Source: an uncultured cyanobacterium (lineage in GTDB: Bacteria; Cyanobacteriota; Cyanobacteriia; Phormidesmidales; Phormidesmidaceae). From it: a stretch of DNA of 64,000 nucleotides. This document shows, piece after piece, positions 18,806-29,405 of the stretch. The notes beneath the pieces were generated by a model, which ran no database searches, was not told the origin of the DNA, and saw nothing but the letters and a program-made list of their open reading frames with translations. The stretch spans positions 384,001-448,000 of the forward strand of contig CAWBZI010000002.1 in the NCBI GenBank assembly GCA_963793265.1, given 5' to 3'. Made by a program: the position numbers and the translations under genes. Position 1 is the first letter of the stretch, and the number at the start of each line of letters is the position of its first letter.

Positions 18806-19954
18806 ATGCCGCTTTCTTCAGGGCTACAGTTCACACTGCTCATGGGAGCAACAGTGCCAAGACCAGTGCCGATTGAGATTAGTCGGGCCTTTGTTGCTGC
18901 CGAAGTGACCCAGAGCGATCAGGGGCGCTCGGGCTTTCAGCTCACCTTCAGGGCCGGGCGGCAAGACGCCAGCGACCTGCGAGATTACGATCTGATTACA
19001 GAGCGGCTGCTTAAGCCCTTTAGCCGCGTGATATTAGTTGCGATTATAAACACCAAGCCAGAAGTTGTCATAGACGGCGTGATTACGCACCATCAGTTTA
19101 TGCCGAGCAATCAGCCGGGCAGCTCAAGGCTGACGGTAACGGGGGAAGATATCAGCGTCATGATGGACTTGGAGGAGAAAATTGTTGCCTATCCAGCACA
19201 GGCGGAAAGGGGAATCGCGATTAAAATTATTGCGGGCTATGCCAAATACGGCTTTATTCCCAAAGCAGTTCGGCCCAAAAATGACCTGCCCGCGCCCTCT
19301 ACCGAGCGCATTCCCGTACAGCACGGCACTGACCTGTCGCATTTACAACACTTAGCCGAGCGGCGTGGCTACGTGTTTTATGTAGAGCATGGGCCTGCGC
19401 CAGGATCGAATACGGCCTATTGGGGGCCCCCTAACCGGAAAGATGCACCGCAGCCTGCCCTCTCTTTTGATATGGGCACAAACACGAATGTAGAAGATAT
19501 TCGGTTTGAGTACAACGCACTGGCCGCGAGCACGACATCAGGGCATTTGCAAGATAGTCAAACAGCCCGAGTGAGCGATATTAGTGCGCTGCGAAGTACG
19601 AGAACACCTGCTTTAGTGAAAAGACCGGCCCTGAAAGCTCAGTCGCGGGTGAGACAGGTTTTACCGGTGCCGATTGCGGGGCTTAATCAGGCTCAGGCAA
19701 GGGCGATCGCACAGGGCATGACCGACCGCGCTAGCGATCAGGTCGTTACAGCCAAAGGTGAACTGCGGGTAACGCGCTACGGGCAGCTATTGAGGGCGCG
19801 GCGATTGGTCGGGCTTAGAGGCTGTGGCGATAGCTACGACGGCCTGTACTACGTTAAAAAGGTGTCGCACTTTATTCGGCTAGGAGAGTACCGGCAACAG
19901 TTTACGCTAACGCGGGAGGGGCTTGGGTCAACCTTGACGGCGGTGAGGCTTTAA
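18806..19954 (+). CDS. CIS baseplate hub (gp27/late control D-like, Afp8 N-half)
   Basis: Q.GTDL..L..LA.R.GY.FYV and GLYYVKKVSH motifs; lies before the spike gene. Confidence 0.8.
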   Translation: MPLSSGLQFTLLMGATVPRPVPIEISRAFVAAEVTQSDQGRSGFQLTFRAGRQDASDLRDYDLITERLLKPFSRVILVAIINTKPEVVIDGVITHHQFMPSNQPGSSRLTVTGEDISVMMDLEEKIVAYPAQAERGIAIKIIAGYAKYGFIPKAVRPKNDLPAPSTERIPVQHGTDLSHLQHLAERRGYVFYVEHGPAPGSNTAYWGPPNRKDAPQPALSFDMGTNTNVEDIRFEYNALAASTTSGHLQDSQTARVSDISALRSTRTPALVKRPALKAQSRVRQVLPVPIAGLNQAQARAIAQGMTDRASDQVVTAKGELRVTRYGQLLRARRLVGLRGCGDSYDGLYYVKKVSHFIRLGEYRQQFTLTREGLGSTLTAVRL

Positions 19955-19996
19955 GCGGAGTTTAGCCAAGGGTTTAACAACACATTAGGAGCAGCA

Positions 19997-20797
19997 ATGC
20001 GACAGTTTTTCGGTAAATATCGCGGACAGGTGACCAGCAGCAAAGACCCTAATTTTTTAGGTCGAATTCAGGTGAGCGTGCCTGCGGTGCTAGGTGAAAC
20101 TGAACAGAGCTGGGCGATGCCGTGCGTACCCTATGCCGGGAAAGATATTGGGCTGTTGATGGTGCCGCCTGTGGGCGCGAATATTTGGGTGGAGTTTGAA
20201 GGAGGCGACCCGGACTATCCGATTTGGAGCGGGTGCTTTTGGGGGAAAGGAGAGCTGCCGAAGAACGCGCAGGTTGAAGATGCTGCCGAGGTGCAGGTTT
20301 TTAGGACTGAGGGTGTGACGCTGACGGTAAGCCGCTTCAAGCAGTCTAAAGGGGTGAGTTTGGAGATTAATCAGCCGGTGGTAGAAAAGCCGATGAAGCT
20401 GGTGTTTGACGCGAACGGGATCGAGATTAATCATGATAACAAGACGACCGCTAAGTTCTTAGCCGACAGTATTGAGATTAAAACGGGCGATCGCTCAGCG
20501 ATGACCATTGCAACTGACAGCATTCAGCTTAAAGAAAAGAGCGTGGAGGTGAAGCTAACGGGTAATAGTATTGAATTAAAAAACTCGCCTTCGCAGGTGA
20601 AATTGAGCGCTTCAGCCGTTGAGATTGCGAATAGCTCGGCAAAAGTAAAAGTTGCCGCATCTGGAATTGAGCTGGCCAATGCCCCTGGTAAGGTGAAGGT
20701 TGCGCCAAGTGGAATTGATATCGGCATTGCGGCGGCAAGCGTGAAGCTGTCTCCGGTGAGTGTGAATGTAAATAACGGGGCTTTGGAGGTTATTTAA
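19997..20797 (+). CDS. CIS spike, VgrG/baseplate assembly protein V (gp5 OB-fold plus beta repeats)
   Basis: FFGKYRGQV...DP..LGRIQV.VP, PPVGANIWVEFEGGDPDYPIWSG; C-terminal beta-strand repeats. Confidence 0.9.
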   Translation: MRQFFGKYRGQVTSSKDPNFLGRIQVSVPAVLGETEQSWAMPCVPYAGKDIGLLMVPPVGANIWVEFEGGDPDYPIWSGCFWGKGELPKNAQVEDAAEVQVFRTEGVTLTVSRFKQSKGVSLEINQPVVEKPMKLVFDANGIEINHDNKTTAKFLADSIEIKTGDRSAMTIATDSIQLKEKSVEVKLTGNSIELKNSPSQVKLSASAVEIANSSAKVKVAASGIELANAPGKVKVAPSGIDIGIAAASVKLSPVSVNVNNGALEVI

Positions 20798-20802
20798 GCG
20801 CG

Positions 20803-21123
20803 ATGGGATTTTTATTGACAGTCGGCTCACAGGTGATTTGTGCGCATGGCGGACAGGCTAAGCCGACCGTGCCGAATCCTCGGGTAAAGGTGATGGGTCA
20901 GCCAGTGGTGACGATGGGGCCTCCTTATGCTGTAGCAGGCTGTGCGAATCCACCGCCGCCTGTAAATGTTGGGCCTTGCATTATCGGTAACTGGGTGAAA
21001 GGCGCGGTTCGGGTGAAGGTGATGGGGTTGCCGGTGCTCTTGCAGGATGGGATTGCAATTTGTGTGCCAACGGGGACGCCGCTTTCTGTTGTACTTACGC
21101 AGCCGCGCGTGAAAGGGCTGTAA
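20803..21123 (+). CDS. PAAR-like spike tip protein (Afp10-like)
   Basis: 106 aa, CAHGG...GC...PC...C pattern directly after the spike gene. Confidence 0.75.
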   Translation: MGFLLTVGSQVICAHGGQAKPTVPNPRVKVMGQPVVTMGPPYAVAGCANPPPPVNVGPCIIGNWVKGAVRVKVMGLPVLLQDGIAICVPTGTPLSVVLTQPRVKGL

Positions 21124-21166
21124 GAAGCTGTAAGAGGCTGTAGAAAAATGTGAGGAGGCGATCGCG

Positions 21167-21607
21167 ATGTTCAACACTCAGCAGCACAATACTGTTCAAA
21201 ATTTGGCCCATCCTTTTCGAGTAGACGGGCGCGGGAGAATTGCCGGGGCAGACCATGCTGCGCACATTCGGCAGCTTATAGAACAGGTGTTGTTTACGGC
21301 TCCGGGCGAGCGGGTGAATCGGCCTGAGTTTGGCAGCGGCGTGCGGCAGCTTATTTTTTCGCCTAATAGCGAAGAGCTAGCAGCAGCGTCTCAGTTTTTA
21401 GTGCAGGGCTCTTTAGAGCAGTGGCTAGGCGATCTGATTCAGGTAGAAGACGTTGAGATTTTTAACCGTGACGCTGAGCTAGTCGTGACGGTACGGTATC
21501 TCATCAGGCGCTCTCAAGAACAGCGAAACGACAGCTTTTCATCGGGTGCGATTTCTGGTGCGGGCGTGGCGCTAGAAGGGCCGCTGTTTGGCGGGGTGGG
21601 GCTATGA
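21167..21607 (+). CDS. GPW/gp25 family baseplate protein (Afp9-like)
   Basis: LFTAPGERVNRPEFGSG motif. Confidence 0.9.
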   Translation: MFNTQQHNTVQNLAHPFRVDGRGRIAGADHAAHIRQLIEQVLFTAPGERVNRPEFGSGVRQLIFSPNSEELAAASQFLVQGSLEQWLGDLIQVEDVEIFNRDAELVVTVRYLIRRSQEQRNDSFSSGAISGAGVALEGPLFGGVGL

Positions 21608-24165
21608 GAGACGTGCAGTATGCCGATCGGCAGGCGAGCAGACGGGCGGCAGTGCGATCGCTGCGGTTGCCCAACGGCCAGCCCCGACTCAACGGCATTG
21701 ACTACATAGAAGTCGGTGAAGATCCGCGCACGCTCTGCGTTCGTTTCATTCATCCGCTCACTAGCACCTTGTCTGGCACCTTAGCTGGTGAGACGGGTTT
21801 AAACACCAACAATGTGCAAATTATTGGCGGCGAACGGCTCGCGCAAATTGAGGTAGTGTCACTCACGCAGTTTGATCAGCAGCTTACCGTGCGCGTTGAT
21901 CGAAGAGGAGATTTTTCGACATATCGGCTGAAACTGGTGCGATCGCCCGCCGACCCGTCCAATCCACCCATCGGCATCGACCCCCAGCTTGCTGAAGTAG
22001 ACTTCTCTTTTTGGGCAGAGGGCAGCAACGTCAACAGCAGCCACGATCAAACCACGCTGGCCCAGGTACCGCCACCGCCACCCGTCATTGATTATCTAGC
22101 AAAAGACTACGCTAGCTTTCGCCAGCTCATGCTCGACCGGCTCGCGGTCACATTGCCCAAATGGCAAGAGCGAAATCCTGCCGATGTTGGGCTATTGCTA
22201 GTAGAACTCATGGCCTATCGGGGCGATCAGCTCAGCTATTTTCAAGACGCAGTTGCAACAGAAGCCTATTTGGGCACAGCCCGCAGGCGAATTTCAGTGC
22301 GCCGCCATGCGCGACTGCTAGACTACGCTATGCACGATGGCTGTAATGCACGAGTCTGGGTGACGTTTCAGGTGTCTAGGCCGCTAGTTTTACCAGGGCC
22401 AGAGGAAGGAACAGAAGAGAACGGCGGCGGTAGCGTATTGCTCACAAAGGTGTCAATGATGCCGCTGTCTGTTTTGCGCAGTGAAGACGAGCTTTTGACC
22501 GCGCTTTCTAGTGGGGCGCAGGTGTTTGAAACCATGCACTCAGCTAGGCTCCATCCAGCCTTGAACAACCTTCACTTCTACACCTGGGGCAACGAGCACT
22601 GCGTTTTACCAGCGGGCACTACTCAGGCAACTTTTGTCGATACAGGCGGATGTATTCAGCCTTTGTTGCAGCCAGGACAGGTTTTGATTTTAGCGCAGCG
22701 GATTAGTCCGATTACGGGGTTGGAGAGTGACGCGGATTTAATCTGTCGCCATCCCATCAGACTCACCGCCGTCAGCCCCACCGAAGATCCGCTTTTCCCC
22801 GAAGCTGGCGCTAACAGTGATGATCCAAACGCCCCCCGACAGCGCCTGATTACCGTTCACTGGGCCGAAGCAGACGCGCTGCCGTTTAGTCTCACGCTCT
22901 CCACTCAAGTTCAGGGAAAGCCCGTCAACAACATCAGTATTGCATGGGGCAACTGCGTACTCGCTGACCATGGCCGTACGCTAAACGCCGAGAATCTCTC
23001 CTACTTAGACCCAAATTCAGCCCGGCCCTATCGACCTCGGCTACAGTTTGGGCCGCTTTCACAGCAGGGCTATGTGCTCAACGAAACAGAGCGCCGGTGG
23101 CAACCGTTCGACGCTCAAGCGCCCGCTAAATCTGCGCTAGCGTGGGAAATCAGGAACGCCCGGCCCAGCATTAGGTTGCAGCCCAAAGAACAAGCAAGAG
23201 GGCAGACAGAAGGATCGCAGGCTATGCGCTGGCAGCCGCAAAGAGACTTGTTGAAAAGCGGGCCGTTCGCGCTGGACTTTGTACCAGAGACTGAAGACAA
23301 TGGCGCGGTATATTTGCGCTTTGGTGACGATGTATTAGGCAGAAGGCCCACACAGCAGCTTCAGGCAGTCTATAGAATTGGAAACGGTCGCGCTGGAAAC
23401 GTTGGGGCGCTTTCTATTGCACATGTGTATTTACCGGAAGACGCAGGCTCGAACAGCTCAGTAGAACAGATTATTACAGCCGTCACGAACCCTTTAGCCG
23501 CCGTTGGAGGCATTGATCCTGAACCGATTGAAGACGTAAAGCTATACGCGCCTCAAGCCTTTCGGACACCGCAACGCGCCGTCACCACAGACGACTATGA
23601 AAAGTTTGCACAGCAGTACCCAGGCGTACAGCGGGCTTTGGCCACACGGCGCTGGACGGGAAGCTGGCACACCTTATACATCACGGTCGATCGAGAGAAT
23701 GGTCTACCGGTAGATGGAGAGTTTGAAGCCGATCTGTTGGACTTTTTGGAGCCGATGCGGCTAGCGGGGCATGACTTAAAAATTGAGAATCCGCAGTTTG
23801 TTCCTTTGGATATAGCGCTACGAGTGACGGTAAAACCCGACTACTTTAGCGATGAAGTCGAAGCCGTTCTAGCGCGAGCGTTTAGCCATGGGGTGCTGAG
23901 TAACGGCGAGCGAGGATTCTTTCATCCCGACAATTTCACCTTTGGTCAGCCGGTTTACCTGAGCCAGATTATAGCAGCAGCGCTACAGGTAACCGGCGTG
24001 CAGTCGGTTCAGGCCACCCGGTTTCAGCGATGGGAGCGGGCGGCGCAGCAGGCGCTAGAGTCTGGACAGATTGTGTTGGATCGGCTAGAGATTGCAAAGC
24101 TGAACAACGATCCTAGTGCGATGGAACAGGGGCGGCTGACGTTTGAGATGGAGGGCGGGCTATGA
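21604..24165 (+). CDS. Baseplate J-like wedge protein (Afp11-like) 1
   Basis: DYLAKDYASFRQLM, EAYLGTARRRISV, YRIGNG..GNVG, RAVTTDDY. Confidence 0.9.
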   Translation: MRDVQYADRQASRRAAVRSLRLPNGQPRLNGIDYIEVGEDPRTLCVRFIHPLTSTLSGTLAGETGLNTNNVQIIGGERLAQIEVVSLTQFDQQLTVRVDRRGDFSTYRLKLVRSPADPSNPPIGIDPQLAEVDFSFWAEGSNVNSSHDQTTLAQVPPPPPVIDYLAKDYASFRQLMLDRLAVTLPKWQERNPADVGLLLVELMAYRGDQLSYFQDAVATEAYLGTARRRISVRRHARLLDYAMHDGCNARVWVTFQVSRPLVLPGPEEGTEENGGGSVLLTKVSMMPLSVLRSEDELLTALSSGAQVFETMHSARLHPALNNLHFYTWGNEHCVLPAGTTQATFVDTGGCIQPLLQPGQVLILAQRISPITGLESDADLICRHPIRLTAVSPTEDPLFPEAGANSDDPNAPRQRLITVHWAEADALPFSLTLSTQVQGKPVNNISIAWGNCVLADHGRTLNAENLSYLDPNSARPYRPRLQFGPLSQQGYVLNETERRWQPFDAQAPAKSALAWEIRNARPSIRLQPKEQARGQTEGSQAMRWQPQRDLLKSGPFALDFVPETEDNGAVYLRFGDDVLGRRPTQQLQAVYRIGNGRAGNVGALSIAHVYLPEDAGSNSSVEQIITAVTNPLAAVGGIDPEPIEDVKLYAPQAFRTPQRAVTTDDYEKFAQQYPGVQRALATRRWTGSWHTLYITVDRENGLPVDGEFEADLLDFLEPMRLAGHDLKIENPQFVPLDIALRVTVKPDYFSDEVEAVLARAFSHGVLSNGERGFFHPDNFTFGQPVYLSQIIAAALQVTGVQSVQATRFQRWERAAQQALESGQIVLDRLEIAKLNNDPSAMEQGRLTFEMEGGL

Positions 24166-27100
24166 CAGCATTCGATGGCGGTATTAGAGAAGTATCGCGG
24201 CCCTACAATCGGCCTGGCTTAGATGAACTCTCCTATCGGGTAGGAGACTATCATCGCTTTCGGCAAAAGCTGGTATCGGCGCTTTCTCAGCCGGTGCTGC
24301 CAGGCGGGCCTAGCTTGGCGACACTAACGACAAGATCGAGTGATGACGGGGCGATCGCACTCCTTGACGCCTGGTCAATTATGGCCGACGTGCTCACCTT
24401 TTACCAGGAGAGAATTGCCAACGAAGGCTTTCTCAACACGGCCACCGAGCGGCTGTCTGTACTAGAGCTAGCGCGCTCAATTGGCTACGAGCTGAAGCCA
24501 GGGGTTGCGGCCAGCACTTTTTTAAGCTTTGAAGTAGAGGCGATCGCACTCGAAGTCGATCCCACTATTGTTATTCCGACCGGCACTCAGGTAGAGAGCG
24601 TACCCGGTGAAGACGAGCTGCCCCAGCTATTTGAGACAGTCACCGAGATAGTAGCGCGGCCTGAGTGGAATGCGATCGCCCCTCGCCCGACTCGTCCCCA
24701 GTCGATCACTGACCAGGCAACAGAACTACGGCTCAACGGCACTGATACGCAGCTACAGTCGGGAGACTGGGTGCTGCTGATAGACGAACACGCCCCTGAC
24801 CACTGGCAGCTTTTGCCTATAAGCGAGGTCGTGGCCGATAGAGCAGACAGTCAAACCCTGATTCGCTGGACACAGCCGCCTATCAGCAATTCAACAGAAC
24901 AGCGCTCCTCTCGGCTATATAGTCAGCCGCAGGTGTGGGCCTTTCGCCAAAGCGCACGTTTGTTTGGATCTGAAGCGCCTCAGTGGCAGAGTTTGCCTGG
25001 TGAAACCAAGCGAGCGGCTTTAGAAGCAGCGGCTCAAAATAATGCTGAAGAAGGCGATCACGTCCCAGTCCTTCACAGCGGTGTCTTTAGCTCAACAGAT
25101 GACGGTGAAACCTGGCAGGCGTTGAGTACAGGACTACCCGACAAAGACATTTTCAGCTTAGCTGCACTCGACGATGGCACATTATTAGCTGCAACAGCAG
25201 GCTCCGGTATTTTCAGACGGCGGCGTGGGGATGTGGCTTGGCAACCAGCGAGTGCCGGGCTCGATCAGCTCACGGTGCTGACACTGACTGTAGAGGGCGC
25301 AGGCGAAGATGCCACTATTTACGCAGGTACCGGCGGTGGTGGGCTTTATCGCTCTAAGGATGGGGGCGATACGTGGGTAGGCATTCATACGGGCCGGATT
25401 CGGGTAGAAAGTACAGGAGGTAACGAGTGGGCTTCGGTAAACAACAGTTTGCCAAGCACGGTTGTGAGAGCGGTGGGTACGGTTAGTTTTGCAAGCTCGA
25501 CCTACACTTTAGCGGGAACAGATAACGGGCTATATTTCTGTAAAGAGATAGATTTGGAAAGGACTTGGCAGCGAATACCAGCGTCAGCAGGCTTTGTTAT
25601 AAAGGCGTTTCAGCACAACACTGCTAGCGGACAGCCGGGCGCTGTGATTGCGTCTGATAGAGGAGTTTATGAGGTACTTCATACGACCTCTGGTGAAATT
25701 CCGCTGGGGCTAAGGTTATCGATAGCAGAGTTCGAGGAGCCTGCGCAGACCTTTTGGGCGGGCGACCGCGAGCTAATTGCTGGAACACCCACCGGAATTT
25801 CAGTATATAGAGGTTGGCAAGAGCCAAGAGAGGATCGGGGCGGCGTAGAGCGAAGGCAGAGCGTGGAAGATCGCCGCAGCGGAAAGGATAGACGGCTGAG
25901 TATAAAAAGGCGGCTTCGCGGGCGAAAATTGCTGTCTGGGCAAAGAAGGCTGAGTGTAAGAAGAAAGGTTAGTGAAAGGAGACAAATTAGTAGAGAAAGG
26001 CGGGTCGGTGGAGAAAGACGGTTTGAAGAGCGGCGTGAGTTTCAGGGTCAGCGATCGCAACACTTCCCACTAGACACATCAGTCCAAGCTTTAGTTAGCA
26101 CTCCTAGCAACCTTCTTGCTGCAACGCCCAAAGGCATATTTGCTTTGAAGGAGAGAGGCACCAACTGGCAGTTCGATCAGCCTGTGAAGTTACCAGTAGA
26201 CACGCTCACGCTAGTCACTGCCAGCGATGGAACAATCTACAGCGGTAGTCGCTTTATAGAACCCGCCACCGACGCGCTAAACCCTATTAGCGCAGAATCG
26301 GCTGGTGTAGAAAATGCCGCCTCTTCGGCAAGACAGACACAGCTAAACCAGGCGAAAAGAGCGCCGTCGAACTGGCCCGGATTCAATCTTAAAACGGCCC
26401 GTCGGATAGACCTTGACACGCTCTATCCCCAGGTTATCTCACCGAGCTGGCTAGCTTTAATTGACACGGTGGATGAAGAGGTAAAGGGAGAAATTGCTGC
26501 CGTCACCGCTGCGCAATCTACCCCCCGAAAAGACTTCGGCCTAGATACTCAAATCACTCGCCTAACACTCTCCTCAGCGCTAGAAAACCCAGCGCAGTTT
26601 AGCCTTAGGAATACACAAGTTTTAGCCCAAAGCGAACAGATTGAGCTGGCCCTAGAGCCTTTAACCGTAGCAGCTCAGCAGCACAAAATCTTTCAAGATC
26701 CGCTGCGAGGGAAACAGATTTTCCTAAGCCGGTACGTCGCGCATTTACAGCCACAGCAGTCGGTTTTAATTAGGGGTAAGCACTTACGAGCAGAGGTGGT
26801 TTCGGTAGGGGGCGTTTTCTCAGCGCGATCGCCTCAACCTGATCAGTTCGATACGGCTCCATGGAACGCTCAAAACACAGGGCTGACCACAACAAACATT
26901 CGCGCTTTGGCGATCGCACCAAACCAACAGCAGATCTATGCAGGCACAGATGAAGGAATTTTTGTAGCAAGCTTACCCACAACAGAATCGTCTTTCGGGC
27001 TCACCTGGCGACCGCTCAATCAAGGGCTGCTAAATAAATCGGTGCAGTGCTTGGTTATACAAGAAAACGGCAGCATCTATGCAGGAACATCAGACGGCAT

Positions 27101-29405
27101 TTTTCGGCTAGCGACGGGCGGCGATCGCTGGACTCAGGCTCATCAGGGGCTCACGCATCCTAACGTGTATGCGCTAGTAGGTGCAGGCGATCGGCTGTAT
27201 GCGGCAACGGGTACCGGACGCGATGAGCGATCGCCCAGAGGTGTCTTTTGTTTGTTAGATAATCAGGCAGACGAGCAAACAGGCTGGCATTCTACAGGGC
27301 TTACCAATATCGATGTGCAAACGCTAGCCGTGCAGCAAAACGGAGAGACGTTCTCTCTATGGGCAGGTACGCTCGAACAAGGGCTTTTTTATTCAGACAA
27401 CAGTGGCGATAGCTGGCAGGCTTTGCCACAGTGGGAGGAAGGTGAAGGGCTGTTGGAGAGTGAGGGCGAATGGGTGAGGGTAACCGTCGATCAGCCTGAC
27501 TTGCGGGTAGGCGATACGATTCGGGCTTCAGGGCAGATTAGAGAAGTTGTTGAAGTTAGGCGTGAGAATGAGCCGTTTGAGTTTCGTGTGTCAGAACCGT
27601 TTAGGCCCGATTTGCTGGCTAAGACGCCTTTTAGCATCGGTACCGGGCTGACAAATCCTCGGGTGACAGCTTTGTTGATCGATCAAGCAGAGGAGAGGGA
27701 AACGGTTGTTTTTGCCGGGACGGCGGGCAGCGGCGTGTTTCGTTCGGGTGATCGCGAGGGGCGATGGCAGGCGGTAGGAGAGAAAACGGCAGCTTTAGAG
27801 ATTCGCTGCTTAGCCAAAGGTGAAAACGGACGCATTTGGGCGGGAACTCAGCTCAACGGTATCTTCTATAGCGAAAATGAAGGAGAAACATGGCTCGCCT
27901 ACAGCCAAGACTTACACAACACCGCCGTGCATTCAATTTTACCGATGGCGGATCGGCTGCTGGCGGCAGGGTCAGGCACACTGCTAAATACAGCCGGGAA
28001 CTATGCGGTTCCACTTCAGGTAGGCGATATTTTGCAGGTGGTGAAGCCGCCGCAGTCTAAGACGCCTAACGTTGATGATTTGGCAGCGCCCGATCTTACA
28101 GAAGGTGGATGGTGGACGGTGCGCAATCGCGAAGGCTTTACCGGCAGACTTACCACCGTGTCGCCCTCGGACTTAAAGCTGTTGCCTGCTGCTGAAACGG
28201 ACGCCTGGGTTAGTGAGAAAGGAGAGATTGACTATCCGCCCGAAGATCAGCGGCACCCGATTTTTACGCTGGTAGAGCCGCTGCAATATAGCTATGACCC
28301 GGCAACGGTGACGATAGCGGCTAATGTCGCTCTGGCAACGCATGGAGAGACGGTGGGTGAAACGCTGGGGAGTGGGGATGGGACGCGATCGCGCCAAACC
28401 TTCACACTTCAACAGCCGCCGCTCACCTACACCGCAGGCCAAAGCATTCAGCTTAACAGCTCTTTGCAAGTGCGCGTTAACGGCATCTTGTGGCAAGAAG
28501 TCAATTCCCTCTATGGCGCAAAGCCTCACGATCCGATTTACACCGTGAAACTAGAAGACGATGGCACCCCCCATATCTCTTTTGGTGATGGCATCGCCGG
28601 GGCAAGGCTCCCCACTGGCCTAGAAAACATTACTGCAACCTACCGCACTGGCAGCGGTTTAGACGGAGAAGTAGACGCTGAGAAGCTCACGCTGCTAAAA
28701 ACCAAGCCGCTAGGACTCGTGGCCTCGAACAATCCGCTACCCGCCATCGGCGCGGCACCGCCTGAAACGCTACAGACTGCCCGAACCAAAGCCCCCGCCA
28801 CGCTGCGCACGCTAGATCGAATTGTCTCTTTATCAGACTTTGAAGACTTTGCTCGCGCCTATCCTGGGATTGGGAAAGCGCAGGCGATCGCAGTTTGGAC
28901 AGGCCGCGCCCAGTGGGTACACATCACCATTGCCGGGTTAGACAACAGTTCGCAGAGCCAAACCCTAGACGAAACTTCGCGGCTGTACGAAGAACTTGTC
29001 GCCGCCATTGACCGCAACCGTGACCCTATTCAACAGATGCAGGTGAACTTTAGCAAAGTAGAACGGTTCAACTTAGCCGCCAGAGTGTTGATCGATTCTG
29101 TTTATGAGGAGCATCAGGTAATGGAACAGGTAACGGCCTCTTTGCAGGCGATGTTTGCCTTTGAGCAGAGAGCGTTTGGGCAGGCCGTGACTGCTTCAGA
29201 AGCGATCGCGGCCATTCAATCAGTAGCCGGTGTTGTTGCCGTCGATTTAGACGCCCTCTATCGATTTGGCCAAAGCAAAAACCGCCGCACTGAGCTACCT
29301 GCTACCACCGCCTACTGGGACGCGCAGCTCGGCGAAATTCTTCCAGCCCAGCTTCTACTCCTCAATCCCAACGGTATCGAACTCAAGGCGGTGACCAGAC
29401 TATGA
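24162..29405 (+). CDS. Baseplate J-like wedge protein 2 with inserted Asp-box beta-propellers
   Basis: DVLTFYQERIANEGFL.TA.ER.S, FGDGIAGARLPTG, RIVSLSDFEDFAR; internal S.D.G.TW repeats. Confidence 0.88.
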   Translation: MTAFDGGIREVSRPYNRPGLDELSYRVGDYHRFRQKLVSALSQPVLPGGPSLATLTTRSSDDGAIALLDAWSIMADVLTFYQERIANEGFLNTATERLSVLELARSIGYELKPGVAASTFLSFEVEAIALEVDPTIVIPTGTQVESVPGEDELPQLFETVTEIVARPEWNAIAPRPTRPQSITDQATELRLNGTDTQLQSGDWVLLIDEHAPDHWQLLPISEVVADRADSQTLIRWTQPPISNSTEQRSSRLYSQPQVWAFRQSARLFGSEAPQWQSLPGETKRAALEAAAQNNAEEGDHVPVLHSGVFSSTDDGETWQALSTGLPDKDIFSLAALDDGTLLAATAGSGIFRRRRGDVAWQPASAGLDQLTVLTLTVEGAGEDATIYAGTGGGGLYRSKDGGDTWVGIHTGRIRVESTGGNEWASVNNSLPSTVVRAVGTVSFASSTYTLAGTDNGLYFCKEIDLERTWQRIPASAGFVIKAFQHNTASGQPGAVIASDRGVYEVLHTTSGEIPLGLRLSIAEFEEPAQTFWAGDRELIAGTPTGISVYRGWQEPREDRGGVERRQSVEDRRSGKDRRLSIKRRLRGRKLLSGQRRLSVRRKVSERRQISRERRVGGERRFEERREFQGQRSQHFPLDTSVQALVSTPSNLLAATPKGIFALKERGTNWQFDQPVKLPVDTLTLVTASDGTIYSGSRFIEPATDALNPISAESAGVENAASSARQTQLNQAKRAPSNWPGFNLKTARRIDLDTLYPQVISPSWLALIDTVDEEVKGEIAAVTAAQSTPRKDFGLDTQITRLTLSSALENPAQFSLRNTQVLAQSEQIELALEPLTVAAQQHKIFQDPLRGKQIFLSRYVAHLQPQQSVLIRGKHLRAEVVSVGGVFSARSPQPDQFDTAPWNAQNTGLTTTNIRALAIAPNQQQIYAGTDEGIFVASLPTTESSFGLTWRPLNQGLLNKSVQCLVIQENGSIYAGTSDGIFRLATGGDRWTQAHQGLTHPNVYALVGAGDRLYAATGTGRDERSPRGVFCLLDNQADEQTGWHSTGLTNIDVQTLAVQQNGETFSLWAGTLEQGLFYSDNSGDSWQALPQWEEGEGLLESEGEWVRVTVDQPDLRVGDTIRASGQIREVVEVRRENEPFEFRVSEPFRPDLLAKTPFSIGTGLTNPRVTALLIDQAEERETVVFAGTAGSGVFRSGDREGRWQAVGEKTAALEIRCLAKGENGRIWAGTQLNGIFYSENEGETWLAYSQDLHNTAVHSILPMADRLLAAGSGTLLNTAGNYAVPLQVGDILQVVKPPQSKTPNVDDLAAPDLTEGGWWTVRNREGFTGRLTTVSPSDLKLLPAAETDAWVSEKGEIDYPPEDQRHPIFTLVEPLQYSYDPATVTIAANVALATHGETVGETLGSGDGTRSRQTFTLQQPPLTYTAGQSIQLNSSLQVRVNGILWQEVNSLYGAKPHDPIYTVKLEDDGTPHISFGDGIAGARLPTGLENITATYRTGSGLDGEVDAEKLTLLKTKPLGLVASNNPLPAIGAAPPETLQTARTKAPATLRTLDRIVSLSDFEDFARAYPGIGKAQAIAVWTGRAQWVHITIAGLDNSSQSQTLDETSRLYEELVAAIDRNRDPIQQMQVNFSKVERFNLAARVLIDSVYEEHQVMEQVTASLQAMFAFEQRAFGQAVTASEAIAAIQSVAGVVAVDLDALYRFGQSKNRRTELPATTAYWDAQLGEILPAQLLLLNPNGIELKAVTRL

